Of a stretch of 64,000 bases of DNA, positions 55,795-64,000 are shown in pieces. The translations under genes and the position numbers were made by a program. Below the pieces are notes generated by a model, which worked only from the letters and a program-made list of their open reading frames with translations, did no database searches and was not told where the DNA came from. Numbering within the stretch: position 1 is the first letter of the stretch; each line of letters starts with the position of its first letter. Source of the stretch: the human T2T-CHM13v2.0 reference genome, Homo sapiens. The stretch lies in NCBI RefSeq assembly GCF_009914755.1, contig NC_060926.1; one strand, given 5' to 3'.

Positions 55795-58559
55795 TTAAGA
55801 TAAAACCATGGGGTACATCCTTCCCTTTAACTACTGAGGAGAGGAGAAGAAGCATGAAGGGGCCTGAGCAGGAGCAGAGTAGCCAGGAAGAATTGGAGAG
55901 GTTTAGGATTGTAAACCAAGGGAGGAGCAAAATTGTAAACCAAATTGTAAGCCAAGGGAGGAGCGAAAGACTCTGCATGTGTTTTGCTGGAGCTGGTGGT
56001 GGAGGAAGTGGAGGTGGGGTCAACTGTGGAGCTGTGCAAAAAGATGGACCAGGATTGAGACTCAAAAGAGGTTAAGGGAAGAACAATTTCATTCCAATGG
56101 TATGGGGCAGAATCCAAATTGCTAGAACAATGAGTAAGAATGAAAATGTGGAGGCAATGGGAAAGTGTAGCCTAATTAGGGCAAGGCATTTCCTGGTATC
56201 TGGAAGATTTAAGAGTTGTCTTGCTAATAGGCACCTATTCTGGGAGATTCAACATGCCCAAGATGCCATCTGTTTCAGTAGGGAATACTGAATGAAGGTG
56301 CAGGTTGACCATCGACTGTGTCTCTTTTTCTCAAAATGATCCTTAATCAAGAGGACATATCTGCTTTGATGGAGCAACAAGTCAGAGGTTTGAAAATCTA
56401 TTTATTGTTTTCCTTGGGTACAGGCTTGTGATTTCGTTTGTTTTTATGGTGGTTAATTATTCCTGAAATTTCAAGATATATACAACATTCTGTTTAAGGG
56501 CTTTGTCAAAAATAAAAATATAAAGAAGAGAGAAAAAGAAAAGAGTGTTGTTGTTGTTACTAATCCTTATAGTATGTCACACTGCGAAGACTGATTTATA
56601 GGTGCAAATTTTACAGAATTCAGGACTTAGTTTTTTTCTGAGTTATAGCATCTTTTTTTCTCTTTAAGCGACTTTTTTGTTTTATAGCTAGAAAACGATT
56701 GATCTGTTTATAGGTATTTAATTCCATACGTGTCCTAGTTTCATCTAATTCTCCTTTGAATCTCAAAAGCTAATTCAGCAGCTAGCTTTTTCTTTCTGGG
56801 TACCACACAAAAATAAAAAATCAAATTTCCAGCAATAAATCAATGGAAATGTTAGAGCAGTACTGTGCCACGAGTGATCAGTGATTGGCCATAGATGCCA
56901 CATCAAGGAAGCAGTCACTCAGTAGATATCCCAGGAGTGTTTTTTACTGAATGTCAATTACTGAATGTCTAACTTACTTTCTCTGGCACTGTATGCACTT
57001 CAAAGAGACTGCAGTATGAGCGCTGTGTATTTTCTACAGCCTGTGCTCATTCAAATCTTCATTTGACCTTTTCCCTTGTGTTCACAGGAATCTTAACTAT
57101 AGGATTTTAAAAGTGATTTTATTAAATATCAAGGAGATACATAACATTTTGGTAAATATGTAAAGTGTAAGTAATAATTAAAGATTTTTAGAACTTCACC
57201 AAATGTCACCACTGTGTTGGTGGGTAAAATGCTACACTTGTTTTTCTAATTAGAACACCCTATGCAGTGACCTGAGAGTCCAAGGGCTTCATGTTTTCAG
57301 AGCGGGTCACTTCACCTTTTCAGCCATGACAGAAGCAAATCTAGCCGAGGATACCCTTTCTTTTCATGCCAAGTGTGCTTTCTGCATAATAAGGTAAAAG
57401 GTCTGCTAGACTGATGTTCAGGTGGTGGCAACATACTACTATAGGACAAGATCCTGAAATTCAAAATAGTGGGAGTTAATAATGGGACATTTTGTGAAAT
57501 GACTAAAAACAAACTCATTAACTTATATATTCTTTGGTAACCTTACTTATCACTAGGCTAGGAGAAAATTAGTATGCATGTCTGAAACCCACATAAAGAA
57601 TGAACTTAATTCTTGCTTAAGACTAAAATGGCAATAAAAAGTGGTAATTGTAAGGGAAATTGGAACTTTAAGTAAACTTATTTGAGGCTCTTTGTTTTAT
57701 TTTATTTGGGCCCTAAGCAAAAATTACTGTACTAATTAGCATGATTGATTTCATCCCATGTTATTTATCCTTAAGATATGAAATTATGAAAAAAACTTTG
57801 AGATACATGTGAAAAAATGTTAAACAGTTCTTGTTTCTACTAGTATACTCATTTTAATCTTCTTTATTTATAACTACATTATACAAATTTATCTAGGATT
57901 TTTACTTTATATTAATACTTGGATTACAGAACTGAGTCATTATTACTTATCCTAATTTTGTGCTTGGTTAAATTTTGTTACAATTTATAGGTTTAGAAAC
58001 TTTCACTTTAAAATGTGCAAGGTATTCCAGTAATTCTGGGGAAAATGGGTTCCTTATAGTGAAGATTATTACAAAAATTATAATGGGTAAAATTGTTTAT
58101 TAATTCTGGCAAGACACCAAAAAGAAATTATAGTAGTTGACAGAAAACTCAGAAAAAATAAACTGTAAGAGAACATAGGAAATTATCAAAACTATGATTA
58201 TATGGTGTCAAAGAAAGACTCAATAAAACTTTATTTCCTTTTCATACGAAAAGATTTGCCCCAGTACCTTTGGTGGGCATAATTTTTATATGATTCTTAG
58301 TTGAAGCTATAAACTAAAAATCATGGGTGTTACTAAAAGCTGTCTTCTAAGATCCTACCTGGATTGGGAGAATATGGAATCTGGTTTTGGTTTTTCTTCT
58401 TCAGGCTAAAGGGCCAGAGTATCTTGTTTGCTGTCTTCATCACTGGTCCAGCACAAGGCCTAGTATAGGGAGGACACTCAACACATTTTTGTTGACTTGA
58501 ATTGACTCAGAGGCCAGTGTTTACATACATTGTGGCTACCAGAAGAACCCCTGGACTTC

Positions 58560-58861
58560 TTTTTATTGGGGGGCAGGGAACAGGATTGCACTCTGTAGCC
58601 TACACTGGAGTGCAGTGGTAGGATCATGGCTCACTGCAGATTCAACCTCCTGGACTCAAATGATCCTCTCACCCTAGCCTCCTGAGTAGCTGGGACTACA
58701 GGTGCATGCCACACTCTCTGCTAATTTTTTATTTTTATTTTTGTAGAGACAGGGTCTTGCTTTGTTGCCCAGGCTGGGCTCAAACTCCTGGCATCAAGCA
58801 ATCCTCCCACCTTGGCCTTTTAAAATGCTGGGATTACAGGTCTGCGCCACTGTCCCTGGCC
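58560..58861 (-). mobile_element. AluJ
   Basis: Diverged Alu; TSD CCCTGGACTTCT. Confidence 0.88.
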
Positions 58862-59589
58862 AGAATCCCTGGACTTCTAATTTGTCAGTTCAATCTTGGT
58901 TTTATGTCTAAGCCTTCATATCGATGGACATTTAGATTGTTGACTATTATGAACACTGTTGTAGCACACATCCTTATGTATACTTTCTAGAGTATATGCG
59001 TGTTTCTGTAGCAGATATTTCTAGAAGTAGAATGGCCAGGGTCAAGGAATGTGTATACTTTGTATTGTGATAGATGTTGACAAATTGCCTTTCAAAAAGA
59101 GATGTACCAATGGACATGTAGGAAAATGATATTCCTGACGGCTTCCTCTGCTCTTATATCACATTAGTTTTAACTCTCTTAAAGACAGAAAGAATGTGGA
59201 AATTTTAAAGTTAAGAAAGTAAAGCATTCATGGGTGAAAATAATAAACAATGTTTCTTCTTTTCTGTTTGGTCTCTTTCATGGTAAATGCCTACATTTAC
59301 ACATGTGAAGACTCACAGAAATAGTCTATTAAAATAATAAACATTATATTCAAATATAATAATCTTATATTCAAATATCTTGGGCTTGATCATTTAATAT
59401 GTGATTGTTTAATTGCTGTCATAACATAAATAGGGATTTATCATACTGTCTTTTCTATAGAGTTGTCCTACCAATAATATATATTATCGATGCAGAGAGA
59501 AGATAAAACCAACATTTTATAATGTGTACCTTATTGATTAATAATATGTAATTATATACTTCATATATATGTGATTTATATTACCTATT

Positions 59590-59800
59590 ATTATGTACTG
59601 GGCACGCTGAGCATTTTGCATACATTACCTTATTTAATGCTCACAAAAAATTTTTGAGGTAGATACTATTATTCCCTGTTTACTGAAGAAGAAACTGAGG
59701 CCTGGAGTATTTAAGTAATTTGCCCCAAAACATCCAGCTAGTAGCTGTCAAACAGGAGTTAAACCCAGGCGTCTCTCACCCCACACCCCAGCTGCCTAAT
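59590..59800 (-). mobile_element. MIR
   Basis: GTTTACTGAAGAAGAAACTGAGGC core. Confidence 0.75.
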
Positions 59801-60429
59801 TTACGTAATTGTCTGGCATATTTTAGTCACTCAGTTATTGTCATCTGATGGTAAGAATCAGGGATATTTTTCAAAGAAAAATAATGACATGAATTTAACA
59901 TGAACTCCCATCACGGTATGTCCATTTGAGGCTTTCAGAGAGGTCCCTACTGAAAAAACTAGCCCTCTTCTAAGAATTTCTGCTTGACACTAGGTCCAGA
60001 TCAATTTTTTTCCTTGATGTTTGCTGAAAGCAATGGCAACAATTCCTGTCACCTGTTTCTTGAACAAGGGAAGTACTTTGGCACAGAGCAGGGCCCTGCC
60101 ACGGTGAGCTCCAGGACTATCCATCGTGCACTGTCCACAATACCCCCTTGGCCTGGCTGCCCAGCCTGAGGGCCCGATATTTGGCTTTTGGATATGGCCC
60201 AGGAAGAACTCAGGTGACATGCAGATTGATAATATTTGACTCCTGGGACGGGACTCAAGCTTTAGACCTGGAATGGCCAAGCTGGAACTCTGCCATTCCG
60301 ATGGCTTCATAGCTACTTACTCACCAGCCAGTCTACAGCATTAGGTTGCTTGCTCCTCTGGGAAGCCATAAAGAGCTGGTGTGAGCAGTTAGCTTATTGG
60401 CATCACCACCACAGTTTTTTGGTGTTTAG

Positions 60430-61000
60430 AGACTTTCAGTTCAGGGTAACAGAACCCAACTCAAATTGGCCTAAGGAAACAAAGGAATTTAGTGGCTTAT
60501 GCCACTGGAAAGTTCTAGATTGGTGCTGACATCAGAGCCTACAGGGACTCAGATGACTGTCAGTAGTATCTTAGACTCTCCCTTTCTCCATCTCTTGGCT
60601 GTGTTTCTCTCCGGTCGTTGGCCTCATTCTTTCCTTCTGCTGGCCGATTTTTTTGAACCTATGGGTATAGGCAGTATGTTGATGCCAATGGTCATGGGTG
60701 GCTTCTGGTTTCCAGCCTCTCAGCTCAAGACCTCAGAGGAAACAGGGAGCTTTCCTAGCAACAGATTGTAAAGTTACAGGGAAGGACACTCTGGCCTTGC
60801 CTGGGTAATGTGACCATTTTAGACATATGACTGTAGCCCAGAATGGGTATCATGGTTGTCCGATCAGTGCAAGAAATTGTGATTGGCAGTCCTCCCCGAG
60901 CCACATGGGATGGGGAAGGGCCAATTTTTTTAAAAAGGGGAGAAGAGTTATTACCAGAAGAAAGGGAAAGAAATGTTGAGCTTACTAAAACAATATGTAT
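60430..61000 (-). mobile_element. Old MLT1-type MaLR LTR
   Basis: TTTCAGTT...AACAGAACCCAACTCAAATTGGCCTAAGG...AAAGGAATTTAGTGGC typical of an MLT1 end. Confidence 0.6.
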
Positions 61001-62682
61001 TTCAAAGTGGTAGTTACAAGAAAGCCTGGAAAATAATAGGATGTTGAGCTTGACGCATCATTCAGAGAACAGATGAGTCCAGGAAACAATAGATCCCTGC
61101 TTGTTATCTCTTTGAAAGGGATGGTTGCCTTCACCAATATCTTTTTAGGTTGAGAATCAGATCCATGTTTTATGGTGACAAAGACAATTTACTTGGGCAA
61201 AGGGCAGAATCATCTGGGCATGTTAAATAGCAAATATGAAACCTGCATATTGGATTACTGGTGTGGAGGACAGGGATCACTTCCTTAGTGTAGTTCCTGA
61301 GAAACACACGGGGATGTAAAGGAGCTTGGGCATGAGCTTATCTTGGAGGACTCTAATGGGAGTATAGATAAAATGGAAGCTTCTGAACAGAAGATTCCCT
61401 TTGAATACTGAGCAGAAGGTTCACAAGGAACTTTAGTTATTTTATGCAAAGCACAAGGGAACAGAGAGGATTAAATTAGAGCTTCTGCTTCCAGAAAAAG
61501 AAAAAAAAATAGGATAAGTTTAAAGGAAGAGAAGCTTACAAAAGGAAGGACAAATGCTCCGCAGCACACAGTAATACCCCGTCCCCTCAACCTTCCATCC
61601 CCCATATCCTTATCAAACTTTAGACAGATTTTTAAAAATCACTGAAGTTATTTTGTGGGCCTATATTTAAAATTTATTTTTCAGTTTAGACAGAACATGT
61701 TATTCCATGTTGGCACACAGTAGCCTAAAAGTTGTCTTGGTTGACCGTGCAAGGTTTGTTATGCTGAATATATAGTGCCATTTATTGTTAACTTCTGGCT
61801 AATAAATGTCTTCAATTTGCTTTCTGAAAACTGAGGCAGTTAGAGGGTATCAAAAAGAGGATGAAACTTTTATCATCCAGTTTCAAGAAATAAGGGTGAT
61901 AGGCCTTTGGGTTTCATAATGATAACTGGAATCCTTTAAGGGTTTGCATTTTGTGTATTTAACTATTTTGAAGGTAAACTTCAGCAGCCTCTATTTGTAA
62001 CTTAGGCTTCCAAAACTTTCTTCCTTCTTTCCCACCTTAAGGATGAGTGCACTTTAGGGCATCATTTTCAGCATGTCTAGCGTGCCAGTGTTTTTCATTA
62101 CACTGTGTTTAAATTACATGCTCTACTTAGGTTTGTTGGGAACCTCACAGAATCTCAGTTCTGCTGTTTTTTAAAAGTTACTTTTTTTCCACCATTATAA
62201 TACCTATATTTACTCATTAAACAAAATTTTAAAAATAAGACAAGAAAGGAAAAAATTATTCATAGTTGAACCCCAAATATCTGTTCACATTTTTGTGAAC
62301 TTCTTAATTGAAATATAACACATATATAAAAAAGTATAAAAATTATGTGTTTATGATGAAATTTAGCAAGGTTAATATACCCATATAACTACTACCCAGA
62401 TCAAGAAATAGAACATTAATGCAGCCTGGAACCTCTCACCTACCACTTCCCAGTCATTATGCCCTCTTGAAGATAACCACTATTCTGACTCCTCTTATGT
62501 AGATATGTTTTGCCTGATATTGAACTTTATAAAAATTGAATAATAAAATATGTTCTCTTTTGTGTGGGGCTGAATTATTCAACATTTGTCAATGAAATTC
62601 ATGCATGTTGTAGTAGATAGCATTCGTTCATTCTTTTTCATTGCTGTATAGTATTCTACTGTGTGAATATAATTTATTCTGT

Positions 62683-62714
62683 ACTTGCTCTTAGCCAAAA
62701 GGCCAAGAAGTGAT
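62683..62714 (-). pseudogene. 3'-truncated U2 snRNA retropseudogene (nt 1-32)
   Basis: Reverse complement ATCACTTCTTGGCCTTTTGGCTAAGAGCAAGT versus U2 ATCGCTTCTCGGCCTTTTGGCTAAGATCAAGT (29/32). TSD AATATAATTTATT(C/G)TGT at 62666-62682 and 62716-62732. Confidence 0.9.
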
Positions 62715-62781
62715 AAATATAATTTATTGTGTTCACTATTGGACATTTGGGTTGTTTTCACTTTGAGTCTACTATAAATAA

Positions 62782-63085
<304 letters not shown>

Positions 63086-63277
63086 TAGCCTTAATAGGTA
63101 TATTACCAAATGGTTTTACCAATTTATATACCACTAATGTATGAGAGTTCTAGTTTCTCCACATTCTTGCCAAGACTTGGTATTGAATGTCTTTTTCAGT
63201 TTTAATTATCCTGGTGTGGAGTACCACATTGTGTTTTTAATTTTATTTTCTCTGATCATCAATAACATTGAGCACTA

Positions 63278-63660
63278 GTGTAGTCACAATGATGTTCCTC
63301 TAAAGATATATCGATGTCCTGATCCCTGGAGCCTGTGAATATGTGACATTACATGGCAAAAGGGACTTTATCAATGTAATTAAGTTAAGGATCTTAAAAT
63401 GAGGAGCTTATCCTGGATTATCCCAGTGGGCTCAATGTAATCATAAAGGTCCTTATAAGTGAGAGTGACAGGGAGTCAGAGAAGGAGATGCCATGATGGA
63501 AGTAGTGATGCTATGAGGAAGGCTCGACTGACCATTGCTGGCTTTGAAGATGAAAGGGACCTGCTAGCCAAGAAATGTGGGCAGCCTCTAGAAGGTAGAA
63601 AAAGCAGAGGAACAGAGTCTCCCAGTCTCCCTAGGGCCCCCAGTAAGAATGCAGTCCTGA
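63278..63660 (+). mobile_element. MLT1D-like MaLR LTR (interrupted by Alus)
   Basis: CCTGTGAATATG...CATGGCAAAAGGGACTTT...ATCCTGGATTATCC...GCTGGCTTTGAAGATG. Confidence 0.8.
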
Positions 63661-63661
63661 G

Positions 63662-63853
63662 TTTTTTTTTTTTTTTTTTTGAGAGACTGGGTCTGATTCT
63701 GTGGCTCAAACTGGAGTGCAGTGGTACAGTCATAGCTCACTGCAGCCTCGAACTCCAGGCCTCAAGCTCAAGTGATTCTCTGGCCTCAGCCTCCCGAGTA
63801 GTTGGGACTACAGGTGCACATCACCATGTCTGGCTAATTAAAAAAATTTTTTT
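63662..63853 (-). mobile_element. AluJ right arm, interrupted at its A-rich linker
   Basis: T-tail, CACTGCAGCCTCGAACTCC...GGCTAATT. Confidence 0.85.
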
Positions 63854-64000
63854 GGCTGGGCGCGATGGCTCACACCTGTAATCCCAGCACTTTGGGAGAC
63901 CAAGGCGGGTGGATCACGAGGTCAGGAGTTCGAGACCAGCCTGACCAACATGGTGACTCCCTGTCTCTACTAAAAATAGAAAAATTAGCCGGGTGTGGCA
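63854..64000 (+). mobile_element. AluS (Sg-like), runs off window end
   Basis: GGCTGGGCGCGATGGCTCAC...GGATCACGAGGTCAGGAGTTCGAG. Confidence 0.92.

Noticed and set aside
59984-60310. ORFs including an FFLGHI stretch resembling an RT or WD40 motif
   Set aside because: Only a short match; the other frames I read show no retroelement or EML6 exon similarity, and it is on the wrong strand for EML6.

Overview
Great-ape (most likely human) genomic DNA, repeat-rich, containing the 5' end of EML6 on the + strand. A CpG island (~33.3-35.35 kb) holds the promoter, a probable non-coding first exon and the first coding exon (ATG 35062 to donor 35258, encoding the HELP motif and start of the first WD40 repeat). 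A long intron follows, with no further coding exon recognised before the window ends. Upstream lie a near full-length dead L1MA1/2-type LINE (3973-13659) carrying two Alus and a full-length SVA, a 2.06-kb GC-rich MER52 solo LTR, MaLR/ERVL LTRs, DNA-transposon relics (MADE1, MER91, Tigger2a, MER82) and about 25 Alu/FLAM copies plus many MIR/L2 copies. Almost all ORFs in the supplied track are repeat-derived or GC-rich by-products. I found no convincing novel multi-gene system. The items most worth a second look are regulatory (stacked uORFs in the EML6 leader, an inverted ZNF143-type motif pair, an alternating TGACA cluster) and unusual retrotransposition or rearrangement scars (fold-back Alu hairpin, tail-less Alu with TSD, U2 5'-fragment retrocopy, internally duplicated MADE1). 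Repeat subfamily names come from recalled consensus sequences, not from a RepeatMasker run, and boundaries of old repeats are approximate.
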